Below are positions 27,806 to 39,044 of a DNA stretch of 64,000 bases, in pieces. The notes beneath the pieces are model-generated. The model was not told the DNA's origin. It did not search any database and was given only the letters and a program-made list of their open reading frames with translations. Location: contig JAZKXT010000011.1 of the NCBI GenBank assembly GCA_045611765.1, positions 38,130 to 102,129 on the forward strand, in the 5' to 3' direction. The translations under genes were made by a program, and so were the position numbers. This DNA comes from Clostridia bacterium. Its GTDB lineage: Bacteria > Bacillota > Clostridia > TANB77 > CAG-465. Each line of letters opens with the position of its first letter. Position 1 is the first letter of the stretch.

Positions 27806-30800
27806 ATGAATCCGCTAGTAAAAGAATTGCCAAAGCATAGTAAGTTTAACGAACTGCTAAACAGTATAAAAAATAAAGAAAGTAATTTAAGTATAACGGG
27901 TCTTACGGACTCATCTAAGGCACACGTTATTTATAGTTTGTATAACTATAGTAATGTGCGTCCTGTTGTTGTGTGCCCCAATGTATCTTCGGCCAAGAAG
28001 TTTATACAAGACATGAAGTTTTATACGGACAAAGAAATTGTATTTTTACCAGCAAGAGAAGTTATATATTATGATGTAGATGTACAAAGTAGAGAGACAA
28101 ATAATGCAAGAGTATATGCGATTTCAAAATTAGTAAATGATGATGAAATGATACTTGTTACAACAATTGAAGCTTTGCTTCAGCCAATGCTTCCAAAACA
28201 AGAGTATGTTGGGCTTAACGTAAAAATTAAATTGGGAGACAAAATAGAGTTAAATAGTTTAATAGCGAAGCTTTTAAAGTTAGGATATTCTAGGGAAGAA
28301 TTAGTTGCGGCTAAAGGACAATTCTCTGTTCGTGGTGGAATTATAGACATATTTCCTGTGGAGATGAACATGCCATATAGAATTGAACTTTTTGGGGATG
28401 AAGTAGACAGTATAAGAACTTTTGATATCCTAGACCAAAGAAGTAAAGAAGTTGTAGAAGAATTCGAAATTAATTTTTCTACGGAATATATAATTTCTAG
28501 AGAAAATGTTAGCATATTAAGCGAAACATTAAATGGATTATTAGACACTGAAATTAATGCGGATTTGAAGAAAACAATATTACAAGATATTGAGAAAATA
28601 GAAAGTGAAAATTATTTAGGATTAATAGATAGATATTTTGAACTATTAATTCCCAATAGTGTAACGCTTTTAGATTATCTAGAAGATAATTATACAATAT
28701 ATTTAGATGAAACATCAAAACAAATAAGTAGAGCAGAAGCAATAAATTTTGAAAATAACGAGGCTATAAAAGTAGCAACGACATCAAATGTATATACTAA
28801 ATATACATTCAAATACGTTAGTTTTGAGACGATAGAGGCCAAACTAAAAAGCCTATCTTCAGTTTACATGAGTAAGCTTGGACAAGATAGAGTTATGCAT
28901 GCGAAAAGAAAAGAGTACAGCTTTAGCTGTAGGGAGGTCAACTTTTTTCGTAGCACAATGGATCTACTTATTAAGGATGTCAAAAAATACAAAGAACAAC
29001 AAAAAATAACTGTCTTAGTTTTTCCGACGGCCACTAAAGCAGAAACCGCAAAAAACGTTTTGCAGGATAGCAATATACCAGCAAAATATGTTATAGACAT
29101 ATCTATGGTAGATGAGCTAAAGCAAGGAATGGTATATATTTGTGTTGGAATATTGTCTTCTGGATTTGCTTATGACGATATAGATATTGTTGTTATGGCT
29201 GAACCTATTTCTGGGGTGGCCGAAAAGAGAAAAAGTACGAAAGACTTTTTAGGTGATGTACTTAACTCTTATGAGGATTTAAAAGAAGGTGACTATGTTG
29301 TCCATATAAATCACGGAATAGGAAAATACCTAGGCGTGGAAACTGTGGATACAGCAGGAATAGTTAAAGACTATATGAAGCTTGAGTATAAAGATGGTGG
29401 AGTTCTATATATCCCAATAACGAATTTAGACAATATAAAAAGATATGTTTGTGAAGATGGATTTAAACCAAAACTTAACAAACTTGGCACAAAAGAATGG
29501 GAAAACACTAAGTTAAAAGTGGCTAAACATGTAAGCGAGGTTGCCAAAGAATTGACGTTGCTATATGCTCTTAGAAGTAAAGCTCAAGGATTTGCTTTTT
29601 CGAAAGATACTCCATGGCAAAAAGAATTTGAGGCGGACTTTGAATATGAACTAACGGATGACCAAGCAAGAGCCATAAAAGAGATGAAGCAAGATATGGA
29701 ACAGGCAAAACCAATGGACAGGCTGCTTTGTGGTGATGTTGGCTATGGCAAAACTGAGGTCGCAATCCGCGGAGCATTTAAGGCTGTTATGGATTCGAAA
29801 CAAGTCGCTTACCTTGTACCAACAACCGTATTATCCCTACAACAATACAATGTGTTTAAAGAGCGTATGGAAAAGTTTGGTGTAAGAGTTGAAATGCTAA
29901 GCCGTTTTAAAACAAAAAAAGAACAGGAAGCAATTGTTAAAAAACTCGAACTTGGAGAGATAGATGTTGTTGTTGGAACGCATAGACTTTTATCTAAAGA
30001 TGTTAAATTTAAAGATCTTGGACTTTTAATAATAGACGAAGAACATAGATTTGGGGTTGAAGATAAAGAAAAGATAAAGAAGTATAAAAATAATATAGAC
30101 GTATTATCTATGACGGCAACGCCAATACCTAGAACGTTACATATGTCTATGATTGGAATAAGAGATGTATCTGTAATAGCGGAGCCACCACATGAAAGAT
30201 TGCCCGTTCATACATATGTATCTGAATACAATGCATCTATGATAGGTGAGGCAATTGAAAAAGAGATGGCTCGAGATGGTCAAGTCTTTTATATAAGTAA
30301 CAGAGTAGAGAACATTGAAAGTGTTGTGGCTAAAGTTAAAGGTATAGCTCCTGAAGCGAGAGTATCTTTTGCACATGGCCAAATGACACCAAATCAAATA
30401 GAAGATACAATGCTAGATTATATGAATAAAAAGACAGATGTTTTAGTGTGTACAACCATACTAGAATCTGGAATAGATATACCAAATGCCAATACTATAA
30501 TTGTAGAAAATGCAGATAAATTAGGACTAGCACAACTTTATCAAATAAGAGGAAGAGTAGGTCGTTCGAATAGATTGGCATATGCGTATGTTACATATAA
30601 CAGGGGTTCGGTATTAACTGAAGAAGCTTCTAAACGACTTAACGCTATAAAAGACTATAGTGAATTTGGAAGTGGATTTAAAATCGCTCTTCGTGATTTG
30701 GAAATAAGAGGAGCTGGAAATGTGCTTGGCGCTGAACAACATGGACACATGATGATGGTTGGTTATGACATGTACGCCGCTCTTTTAAATAAAGCTATAG

Positions 30801-31231
30801 AAAAAGAAAAATTAAAGATAGATAATGAACAAGATATACAAAAAGGTGAAATAAAGATATCGCTAGACGTATCTGCCAATATACCTAACGAATATATTTC
30901 GGATTCGATGTTAAAGATAGAAATGTATCAAAAGCTATCTAATGCAAATAATGATGAAGAATTACAAAATGTGATTGATGAGTTAATAGATAGATTTTCA
31001 GATATTCCTCAAGAAACATTGAATCTAGTAGAAATAGTTAGAATAAGGAATAAATGTAAGCAGATTGGAATAGATGAGGTTAAGATTATGGGCGAATTTA
31101 TTTGGTTTATTCAAAATAATTCGACAGCAAACCCAAAAAATCACATAAAGTTTAGGTTGACAAATGATATTAAACGTGGTATATTGTCATTTGTAAATAA
31201 CACCCTTGATAGCATAATTAGGGAAATGTAG
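27806..31231 (+). CDS. mfd: Transcription-repair coupling factor
   Basis: DYVVHINHGIG, MDRLLCGDVGYGKTEVA, DEEHRFG, TATPIPRT, QIRGRVGRS. Confidence 0.98.
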   Translation: MNPLVKELPKHSKFNELLNSIKNKESNLSITGLTDSSKAHVIYSLYNYSNVRPVVVCPNVSSAKKFIQDMKFYTDKEIVFLPAREVIYYDVDVQSRETNNARVYAISKLVNDDEMILVTTIEALLQPMLPKQEYVGLNVKIKLGDKIELNSLIAKLLKLGYSREELVAAKGQFSVRGGIIDIFPVEMNMPYRIELFGDEVDSIRTFDILDQRSKEVVEEFEINFSTEYIISRENVSILSETLNGLLDTEINADLKKTILQDIEKIESENYLGLIDRYFELLIPNSVTLLDYLEDNYTIYLDETSKQISRAEAINFENNEAIKVATTSNVYTKYTFKYVSFETIEAKLKSLSSVYMSKLGQDRVMHAKRKEYSFSCREVNFFRSTMDLLIKDVKKYKEQQKITVLVFPTATKAETAKNVLQDSNIPAKYVIDISMVDELKQGMVYICVGILSSGFAYDDIDIVVMAEPISGVAEKRKSTKDFLGDVLNSYEDLKEGDYVVHINHGIGKYLGVETVDTAGIVKDYMKLEYKDGGVLYIPITNLDNIKRYVCEDGFKPKLNKLGTKEWENTKLKVAKHVSEVAKELTLLYALRSKAQGFAFSKDTPWQKEFEADFEYELTDDQARAIKEMKQDMEQAKPMDRLLCGDVGYGKTEVAIRGAFKAVMDSKQVAYLVPTTVLSLQQYNVFKERMEKFGVRVEMLSRFKTKKEQEAIVKKLELGEIDVVVGTHRLLSKDVKFKDLGLLIIDEEHRFGVEDKEKIKKYKNNIDVLSMTATPIPRTLHMSMIGIRDVSVIAEPPHERLPVHTYVSEYNASMIGEAIEKEMARDGQVFYISNRVENIESVVAKVKGIAPEARVSFAHGQMTPNQIEDTMLDYMNKKTDVLVCTTILESGIDIPNANTIIVENADKLGLAQLYQIRGRVGRSNRLAYAYVTYNRGSVLTEEASKRLNAIKDYSEFGSGFKIALRDLEIRGAGNVLGAEQHGHMMMVGYDMYAALLNKAIEKEKLKIDNEQDIQKGEIKISLDVSANIPNEYISDSMLKIEMYQKLSNANNDEELQNVIDELIDRFSDIPQETLNLVEIVRIRNKCKQIGIDEVKIMGEFIWFIQNNSTANPKNHIKFRLTNDIKRGILSFVNNTLDSIIREM
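31157..31185 (+). promoter_or_regulatory. Probable sigma-A promoter for prsA inside the 3' end of mfd
   Basis: TTGACA-17 bp-TATATT with TG extension. Confidence 0.55.
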
Positions 31232-31248
31232 TAGAAAGAGGTATTAAA

Positions 31249-32271
31249 ATGGGAAATGATGTTAAAGTAAAAAAACCAATGAATAAAGACTCTTTAATAA
31301 TTGGAATTGTTGTAGCAGTTATATTGCTTTTAACTGCTGGAATAGTTGCATATTATTTCTGGGGAATAAACAGTGAAGTGCTAGTTAGATATGAAGGCGG
31401 AGAAATAACAAGAGGAGAATACGAAGCGGTATATAGATATTGGGCTCCACAACTTATATATTATGGTTATGAAGCTAATGATATAGACAATATAATCGTA
31501 GACGAAATATTGCTTAATGAAGTAATGTATAATGAAGCTGTGAAAGCTGGAAACAAATTGAGTGATGAAGATAAGGCGACAGTAGATAAAGAATTTGCAA
31601 ACGAAGAAAGTATAGCTGCGCTAAGATCAAGAGGAATAAATCCAGATTATTTAAAGGATTTCTTCTATAAAAATGAAGTTGTATCAGAATATTTAGAACA
31701 AAAAGGTAAAAATGCAACAACTGAAGAAATAAAAGCAACAATAATAGCTTCTGAAGGTGAAAAAGCAGATTTGAATCTGTATAAAACAAGACACATATTA
31801 ATATCTGTGGCATCTAATGCAACAGATAAAGAAAAAGCTGAAGCTTTAAAAGAAGCCAAAGACCTTCTTGCAAAAGTTAAAAAAGGAGAAGATTTTGCTA
31901 AACTAGCAAAAGAAAACTCTGACGATACTGGAACAGCTGCAGATGGTGGTAAATTCAATATGGTAAATAGCGAAATGGTTGATGAAGACTATAGAAAAGC
32001 AGTACTTTCACTTAAGGCTGGAAAAGTACATAGTACAGTTGTAGAATCAGATTTCGGGTATTTCATAATAAAACTTGAATCTATAGAAAAAGACGGAAGA
32101 CTTACAAACGATGATGATATTCAAGTATATATAAATGATTATATTGCAAAAACAGTTGAAGCGGTTTTCGATGTTGAAACAGAAGAAAACAAAAAACAAC
32201 TTGAGGGTGTAGCGGCAGTAGCAAACAAATTAAATTCTGAAATAGGAATAATATCTAGTAGTGAAGAATAA
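31249..32271 (+). CDS. prsA: PrsA-like parvulin peptidyl-prolyl isomerase
   Basis: N-terminal TM anchor, RHILI, FAKLAKENSDD, VESDFGYFII. Confidence 0.85.
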   Translation: MGNDVKVKKPMNKDSLIIGIVVAVILLLTAGIVAYYFWGINSEVLVRYEGGEITRGEYEAVYRYWAPQLIYYGYEANDIDNIIVDEILLNEVMYNEAVKAGNKLSDEDKATVDKEFANEESIAALRSRGINPDYLKDFFYKNEVVSEYLEQKGKNATTEEIKATIIASEGEKADLNLYKTRHILISVASNATDKEKAEALKEAKDLLAKVKKGEDFAKLAKENSDDTGTAADGGKFNMVNSEMVDEDYRKAVLSLKAGKVHSTVVESDFGYFIIKLESIEKDGRLTNDDDIQVYINDYIAKTVEAVFDVETEENKKQLEGVAAVANKLNSEIGIISSSEE

Positions 32272-33086
32272 TGATAACAAGTAAAATTAATGATAAAATT
32301 AAATATATAAATAGTCTAAAAAACAAAAAATATAGAGACAAATATAACAAATATATTTTAGAAGGAATTAAGCTTGTAGACGAACATATAAGCTCAGAGG
32401 ACGTAAAAGTCCCTGAGTTTATTGTGTTATCTAAAGAGCTGTTATTAAACAATGTTGGTGGAGAAAAAATATATAAAAGGATAAAAGACATGCCGAATGT
32501 ACTAGAAGTAGATGAGACGGTGTTTAAATATCTAACGGATACAGAAACTCCACAAGGAATATTAATTGTATTAGATAAAAAACAAAGTTTACTCACAGAA
32601 CTTCTAAAAAACATAACTGCGGGAGAAAAAATTTTGGTTCTTGATAGAGTTTCTGATGCGGGAAATATGGGCACTATAATAAGAACGGCGGTATCTTTTA
32701 ATGTAAGAAATATAATATGCATAAAAGGTAGTGTAGATGTATATTCTAGCAAAGTAGTAAGAAGTGCAATGGGAGCGTTACAAAAGCTCAATATTTTTTA
32801 CTTGGATTATAACGAAATTGAAAGCATAAAACCTAACCTAACAAACAATGGATACATGCTTGTATCAACAGATTTAAATGCAAAAAAATATTTAAATGAA
32901 ACTAGAATGACAGACAAGGTTGTATATGTTTTAGGTAACGAAGCAAATGGCGTGTCTAATGAAATGCGAAGTCTATGTGATGATTATATAAAAATTCCAA
33001 TGGAAGATGTACAAGAATCACTAAATGTTGGAGTTGCTGCGGCAATTCTTATGTATGATGTTTATTCTAAAGGAAGCAACATGTAA
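32271..33086 (+). CDS. TrmH/SpoU family RNA methyltransferase
   Basis: TETPQG, DAGNMGTIIRTA, GNEANG, ESLNVGVAA. Confidence 0.92.
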   Translation: MITSKINDKIKYINSLKNKKYRDKYNKYILEGIKLVDEHISSEDVKVPEFIVLSKELLLNNVGGEKIYKRIKDMPNVLEVDETVFKYLTDTETPQGILIVLDKKQSLLTELLKNITAGEKILVLDRVSDAGNMGTIIRTAVSFNVRNIICIKGSVDVYSSKVVRSAMGALQKLNIFYLDYNEIESIKPNLTNNGYMLVSTDLNAKKYLNETRMTDKVVYVLGNEANGVSNEMRSLCDDYIKIPMEDVQESLNVGVAAAILMYDVYSKGSNM

Positions 33087-33124
33087 TTGAATAAAAACAA
33101 ATAAATAGTAAAGAATATATACAG

Positions 33125-33658
33125 GTGACGATTATGTTAGAATGTATATATTTTTTTATTATAGGGGCTTTTGCTGGGTGGCTGTTAGAATGCGTGTTTA
33201 AATTTGCGTCCAAAAACTTTAGAAGAACTCCTGGAATATTAAATACTCCATTTTGTATATTATACGGTCTAGGAACGGTAGTACTTTCTCTAATAATTAA
33301 TAGAGTGACAGATAATATTTGGTTGCTATTTGCCCTTTCAATGCTAGTTCTAACTTTTATGGAATATGTAACGTTTATTTTACTAAAGGAAATATATGAT
33401 GTACAACTTTGGGATTATAACAATATGACATTTAGTATAAATGAAAAAGTGTGTTTAGAATTTGCTGTTGTTTGGGGAGTGCTTGGTGCACTATATATAA
33501 AATATTTATTGCCTATTCTTACAGATTTTTATAAAATGGCTCAAGGATATGCGCTTACAACATCTCTTTATTTGCTATTAGGTATAATTGTAGTGGACTT
33601 TATATATTCAAGTTATCTAATAATTAAGGAGAAGCGAGAATTGGTGGTAGAAAAATAA
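33125..33658 (+). CDS. Putative ABC-transporter-type IV membrane protein (CmpB-like)
   Basis: GWLLE, PFCILYG, LWDY, VCL motifs. Confidence 0.7.
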   Translation: MTIMLECIYFFIIGAFAGWLLECVFKFASKNFRRTPGILNTPFCILYGLGTVVLSLIINRVTDNIWLLFALSMLVLTFMEYVTFILLKEIYDVQLWDYNNMTFSINEKVCLEFAVVWGVLGALYIKYLLPILTDFYKMAQGYALTTSLYLLLGIIVVDFIYSSYLIIKEKRELVVEK

Positions 33659-33740
33659 ATAAAAATATATTATAATAAATACATAAATAAATGTTAAAAA
33701 TCGAGGTGTGTTATATACCTCGTTTTTTGTGCATAAAAAA

Positions 33741-33890
33741 GGAGATAACAGTAGATGATAAAACCCTTATATAAAGGTGGGCATCTGTTGCAACGTTTAG
33801 GATTCTCTAGTAAAAGAGCGTTCGACACCGGTTACAAATTCCTGATTCCCTATCAAATTGTTGTAGATTTTCATATAATCTGTTATCTCT
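33741..33890 (-). ncRNA. ssrS: Probable 6S RNA
   Basis: Ends pair (agagataacag...ctgttatctc); contains GCCCACCTT...GGGTT as recalled for Firmicute 6S; has its own promoter and a downstream U tract; no ORF. Confidence 0.7.
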
Positions 33891-33896
33891 AACGTT

Positions 33897-33925
33897 ATTC
33901 TACCATACTACTTGGATATTGTAAA
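33897..33925 (-). promoter_or_regulatory. Sigma-A promoter of the ncRNA
   Basis: On the minus strand: TTTACA-17 bp-TAGAAT with TG extension. Confidence 0.7.
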
Positions 33926-34113
33926 TAAAATATGTTAAATTTTTATTGGAAATTTTTTCAAATATTTTAGTTTAAAAGCTATTTTTGTACTTGATATAAA
34001 TAGCTTTGCAAACACATAAAAAAGATAGGGAGATATGTCGAAAAGTGTTGAAACTATAGTGGTTTTGTGATATCATATACGCAATGAAAATGTGTCAATA
34101 AGGGGATAGTGTT

Positions 34114-36126
34114 TTGGAAGAGAAAAATGAAATAAGAAATAAGATTATAAGAAAAGGAATACTAGTAATAATGGATGCATTACTGGTAGTTGTTTCATAT
34201 GCTTTAGCCAACTTTTTTACGGGATCAAACTACCTATTAAAGGGCCCAATTGCTATATATATAGTATCTATAATTGTTCATATAGCTTTTTATTTAGGGG
34301 CGAAGGTGTATAGAAGCATAGTAGAGTATACTAGAGCAAGAGAATATGTTATATATGCGGGTATAACTTTAGTTGCGGGAGTCCTTTCGGCAGTGCTTCA
34401 TAGGATTTTTAGCATACCAAGTTACAGTTATAGAGTAGTACTTTTGTCATCTTTCTTTATGGCAGGCCTTATGATAAGCGCAAGAGTGGCATTTAGATTT
34501 TTAAACTCGTTTTTACATACTAGGAAAATAAGAACTAAACAGGTTGAAAAAATATTAATAATAGGGGCTGGTAAAGTTAGCGCACAAGCTATACAAAATC
34601 TACTTTTAAATATAAATAGGAGATATAAGATAGTAGGAATAATAGATGATAGCAAGAAAAAGCAAAACAGCTATATAAATGGTGTTAGAGTAATTGGTGG
34701 AAGAGAAAACATTATACCAATTTGTGAAAAAGAAAAAATAGATATAATATTATTCACAATGGCAAGTAACAACAAACTACAAAGAAGAGAACTATTAGAT
34801 ATTTGTAGTGAAACAAAAGCTAAAATAAAAGAAATACCAAATTTGAAGGAACTATTGTTATCTGATGAACCTGTGAAAGTCGAATCTTTTAAAGATGTGG
34901 AGATAGAAGATTTATTAGGTAGAGATCCTATTAAGCTAGAGGATTCTCAAATAAAGAGATTTATATTTGGCAAAAGAGTACTTGTAACTGGTGGAGGTGG
35001 CTCTATCGGTTCTGAACTATGTAGACAAATAGCAAGCTTTGGGGCTAAACAGTTATTAATGGTAGACATATATGAAAATACATTATACGAAATAGAACTT
35101 GAACTTAGAAAGAAACATCCTGAATTAGATATGACAGCAATAATTGCCAGTGTTAGGGATAGCAAGAGAATAAATGAAATATTTGCTAAATACAAACCAG
35201 AGATAGTGTTCCATGCGGCAGCTCATAAGCATGTACCGTTAATGGAGACAAGCCCTATAGAGGCAATTAAGAACAATGTATTTGGCACATATAATGTAGC
35301 CAAAGCGGCACATAATCATGCTGTAGAAAAGTTCATATTAGTATCTACAGATAAAGCGGTTAACCCTACAAGTATAATGGGGGCCACAAAGAGAATTTGT
35401 GAGATGATTATTCAATCTCAAAATGCAAAATCTAAAACAAATTATGTTGCGGTAAGATTTGGTAATGTTTTAGGAAGTAATGGTTCGGTTATTCCAATAT
35501 TTAAAAAGCAAATTGCAGCAGGTGGTCCTGTTACTGTAACTCATAAGGATATAACAAGATATTTTATGACAATACCAGAAGCAGTAGGCCTAATACTTCA
35601 AGCGATAACTTTTGCTGAAGGCGGAGAAATATTTGTGTTAGATATGGGAGAACCAGTCAAGATATATGATTTGGCGTATAAAATGATAAAATTAAGTGGT
35701 TACGAACCTAATGTAGATATTCCTATCAAAATAACAGGATTAAGACCTGGAGAAAAATTGTATGAAGAGCTTTTAGTAGATGAAGAAGGGTTGGCTAAAA
35801 CGTTACATGATAAAATAATGGTAACTAAGATAATGGACTTTGATTCTAAAACGATATATAAAGATTTAGACATCTTAAAGAAGTTAATTCATTCAAAGGA
35901 AGCAGATAATAACGAAAAAGTAAAAAGTATAATAAAGAAAATTGTACCTACATTTATAGAGTCTGAAGAGCATACTAAAAAGGTAGAACAAAGCAAAGCT
36001 TGTGAACGAGAAAATGAAACTACTGAGAAGAAAGAAGAAAAAATAGAGTATGTTATAACAATAGACAGAAATAAAGGCACAAAAAAGATGGAGTGTAGAC
36101 CAAAAAAAGTTAAGGCAGCCAAATAA
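34114..36126 (+). CDS. CapD/PglF-type UDP-GlcNAc 4,6-dehydratase
   Basis: 4 TM segments, GGGGSIGSEL, HAAAHKHVP, STDKAVNP, RFGNVLGS, RPGEKLYEE. Confidence 0.93.
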   Translation: MEEKNEIRNKIIRKGILVIMDALLVVVSYALANFFTGSNYLLKGPIAIYIVSIIVHIAFYLGAKVYRSIVEYTRAREYVIYAGITLVAGVLSAVLHRIFSIPSYSYRVVLLSSFFMAGLMISARVAFRFLNSFLHTRKIRTKQVEKILIIGAGKVSAQAIQNLLLNINRRYKIVGIIDDSKKKQNSYINGVRVIGGRENIIPICEKEKIDIILFTMASNNKLQRRELLDICSETKAKIKEIPNLKELLLSDEPVKVESFKDVEIEDLLGRDPIKLEDSQIKRFIFGKRVLVTGGGGSIGSELCRQIASFGAKQLLMVDIYENTLYEIELELRKKHPELDMTAIIASVRDSKRINEIFAKYKPEIVFHAAAHKHVPLMETSPIEAIKNNVFGTYNVAKAAHNHAVEKFILVSTDKAVNPTSIMGATKRICEMIIQSQNAKSKTNYVAVRFGNVLGSNGSVIPIFKKQIAAGGPVTVTHKDITRYFMTIPEAVGLILQAITFAEGGEIFVLDMGEPVKIYDLAYKMIKLSGYEPNVDIPIKITGLRPGEKLYEELLVDEEGLAKTLHDKIMVTKIMDFDSKTIYKDLDILKKLIHSKEADNNEKVKSIIKKIVPTFIESEEHTKKVEQSKACERENETTEKKEEKIEYVITIDRNKGTKKMECRPKKVKAAK

Positions 36127-36143
36127 GATAAGGAGAGATATAT

Positions 36144-37343
36144 ATGAATATTAAGTTTTCGCCACCGGATATATCCGATAAAGAAATAGAGAATGTGGTA
36201 GAGGTTTTAAAATCTGGTTGGATAACAACTGGGCCAAAAACAAAATTGTTTGAACAAAGAATAGCAGAATATGTTGGAACAAACAAAGCTGTATGTTTAA
36301 ATTCAGCAACAGCTTGTCTTGAAATGATATTAAGGGTTTTGGGAGTTGGACCTGGAGATGAAGTTATTACATCAGCATATACATATACGGCATCCGCAAG
36401 TGTTATAGAACACGTGGGAGCTAAGATTGTTTTGGTGGATGTAAAACCAGATTCGTTTGAAATGGATTATGAAAAACTAGAACAAGCAATTAATGAAAAA
36501 ACTAAAGTGATAATACCAGTGGATATTGCAGGTATTCCATGCGACTATGATACTATTTTTGAAATTGTAGAAAGAAAAAAAGATTTGTTTAAAGCAAATA
36601 ATGAAATACAACAATTGTATAATAGAATACTAGTTGTTGCAGATGCTGCTCATTCTATAGGAGCAGAGTATAAAGGCAAGAGAACAGGTAATGTTGCAGA
36701 CTTCACAAGTTTTTCATTCCATGCTGTTAAGAATTTAACAACAGCAGAAGGTGGAGCTTTGACATGGAAACCAGTGGAAGGATTAGATGAAGAAAAACTA
36801 TATAAAGAATTTATGCTTTTAACATTACATGGGCAATCAAAGGATGCTCTAGCAAAAAACAAACTAGGCGCTTGGGAATATGATATTATATATCCAGCGT
36901 TCAAATGTAATATGACAGATATAATGGCAGGAATAGGTTTGGCGCAATTAGACAGATATGAAGGCATTGTAGAAAAAAGACATGAAATAATTAAAAGATA
37001 TACTGAAGGAATTAAAGATTTAGATGTAATTTGTCCTACACATGTAGATGGCAATATGAAATCTAGCGGACATTTATATTTGTTGCGTTTAAACAACATT
37101 TCTGAAGAACAAAGAAATGAAATTATAATAAGATTAGCAGAAAGAGGTATTGCTACGAATGTGCATTACAAGCCTCTTCCTATGATGACAGCATATAAAC
37201 AACTTGGATTTGATATTAAAGATTATCCAAATGCATACAATCAATATAAAAATGAAATATCACTACCACTACATACATTACTTACGGATGAAGAAATAGA
37301 GTATGTGATAAATGGAGTAAGAGAGGTATTGAAACAATGTTAA
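36144..37343 (+). CDS. DegT/DnrJ-family sugar aminotransferase (AATGal type)
   Basis: FSPPDI, SGWITTGPK, DAAH, SFHAVKNLTTAEGG. Confidence 0.92.
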   Translation: MNIKFSPPDISDKEIENVVEVLKSGWITTGPKTKLFEQRIAEYVGTNKAVCLNSATACLEMILRVLGVGPGDEVITSAYTYTASASVIEHVGAKIVLVDVKPDSFEMDYEKLEQAINEKTKVIIPVDIAGIPCDYDTIFEIVERKKDLFKANNEIQQLYNRILVVADAAHSIGAEYKGKRTGNVADFTSFSFHAVKNLTTAEGGALTWKPVEGLDEEKLYKEFMLLTLHGQSKDALAKNKLGAWEYDIIYPAFKCNMTDIMAGIGLAQLDRYEGIVEKRHEIIKRYTEGIKDLDVICPTHVDGNMKSSGHLYLLRLNNISEEQRNEIIIRLAERGIATNVHYKPLPMMTAYKQLGFDIKDYPNAYNQYKNEISLPLHTLLTDEEIEYVINGVREVLKQC

Positions 37344-38032
37344 CAAAGTGGGAAAAATTGCCGGAAGAATTAAGAAATGATGCATGTAAAGAGTACTATG
37401 ATATTTTAAACAAGAAAAAAATTAGCTTATTTATTAAACGTTTATTTGATATAGTTGTAAGCTTAATAATGTTGTTATTATTACTTCCGGTTTTTCTAGT
37501 ACTAGGTATAGCTATAAAAATAGATTCCAAAGGTCCTGTTTTCTATAGACAAGAAAGAATAACGACATATAACAAAAAATTTAGAATATTTAAATTTAGA
37601 ACTATGGTTCAAAATGCAGATAAAATAGGCTCATTAATAACTGTAGGACAAGATAGTAGAATAACTAGAGTGGGTAAATTGATTAGAAAGTGTAGACTAG
37701 ATGAATTGCCACAGCTCATAAATGTTTTATTGGGTGATATGACTTTTGTAGGTACGAGACCAGAAGTTGAAAAATATACTAAATGTTATACTGATGAAAT
37801 GATGGCAACCTTACTTATGCCTGCTGGAATTACTTCAATTGCAAGCATAAAGTATAAAGATGAAGATGAAATAATGAATGAGTATATTAAAAAAGGTGAA
37901 ACAATCGATGATATATATGTTAATAGAGTTTTGCCTGAAAAAATGAAATACAACTTAGAATATATACAAACATTTAGTTTTATCGGAGACATAAAGATTA
38001 TGATTAATACTGTAATAGAGGTGTTAAAATAA
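37337..38032 (+). CDS. Initiating polyprenyl phosphoglycosyl transferase
   Basis: KRLFDI, FKFRTM, DSRIT, LDELPQL, VGTRPE. Confidence 0.92.
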   Translation: MLTKWEKLPEELRNDACKEYYDILNKKKISLFIKRLFDIVVSLIMLLLLLPVFLVLGIAIKIDSKGPVFYRQERITTYNKKFRIFKFRTMVQNADKIGSLITVGQDSRITRVGKLIRKCRLDELPQLINVLLGDMTFVGTRPEVEKYTKCYTDEMMATLLMPAGITSIASIKYKDEDEIMNEYIKKGETIDDIYVNRVLPEKMKYNLEYIQTFSFIGDIKIMINTVIEVLK

Positions 38033-38042
38033 GGAGAATAAA

Positions 38043-39044
38043 ATGAGAGTTTCATTTATAATAGTTGCATATAACGCGGAAAAATTTTTAAATAATAGTT
38101 TGGAATGTATAAAAAAACAAGACTATGATCATAAAAAAATTGAAATTATTTTAGTTGACAGTAATTCTAGTGATAATACAAAGAATATAATGAACAATTT
38201 TAAAAACGAACAACAAAATAATTTCGATAGAATTGAAGTTCTAGACAATCCTAAAAGAACATTACCATGTGGTTGGAATGTGGCTTTGAAAGAAGTTACT
38301 GGAGAAGTAGTTCTTAGAGTAGATGCGCATACATTTTTTGATGATAACTTTATAACTAATAATGTGCAAGCAATGCAAGAAGGCGAAGATATAGTTGGAG
38401 GTAAATGTATAAGCGTAACTCAAAAAGACAATTGGAGAGAAAAGTTACTGCTAATTGCAGAAGAATCAATATTTGGTTGTGGAATAGCAGATTTTAGAAG
38501 AAAAGAAGAGAAAGAGTATGTTAGTACTTTAGCTTTTGCTATGTATAGAAAAAAGGTTTTTGATGAAGTTGGTCCATACAACGAGAATCTTGCAAGAACA
38601 GAAGATAACGAAATGCATTATAGGATGAAACAAAAAGGATATAAGTTTTTATTATCTCCTAATATAAAATCATATAGATATGCTAGAAGTGATCTAAAAG
38701 GCATGATAAAACAAAAATATGGTAATGGAAAATGGATAGGAATAACTTTAAAATATTGTCCTAAATGTTTTTCAATATATCATTTTGTACCATTTTTATT
38801 TGTATTAGGGATAATGTTTTCAGCTATTATGGCAATTATAGGACTACCAATATTTGCATATTTATTAGCTGGCGCTTATTTGTTGTTTAATATTGCAAAC
38901 ATAATTTTAATAGCGATAAAAAATAAATTTAGTATAACATATTTATTATTGCCATTTATTTTCTTTGCATTGCATTTTAGTTATGGCATAGGAACCATTA
39001 TTGGTATAATAAAGGGGATTTTTATAAAAAAGGGAGAAAAATAA
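38043..39044 (+). CDS. GT2 glycosyltransferase (ExoA-like)
   Basis: IIVAYNAE, RVDAH, RTEDNE; C-terminal TM segments. Confidence 0.9.
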   Translation: MRVSFIIVAYNAEKFLNNSLECIKKQDYDHKKIEIILVDSNSSDNTKNIMNNFKNEQQNNFDRIEVLDNPKRTLPCGWNVALKEVTGEVVLRVDAHTFFDDNFITNNVQAMQEGEDIVGGKCISVTQKDNWREKLLLIAEESIFGCGIADFRRKEEKEYVSTLAFAMYRKKVFDEVGPYNENLARTEDNEMHYRMKQKGYKFLLSPNIKSYRYARSDLKGMIKQKYGNGKWIGITLKYCPKCFSIYHFVPFLFVLGIMFSAIMAIIGLPIFAYLLAGAYLLFNIANIILIAIKNKFSITYLLLPFIFFALHFSYGIGTIIGIIKGIFIKKGEK

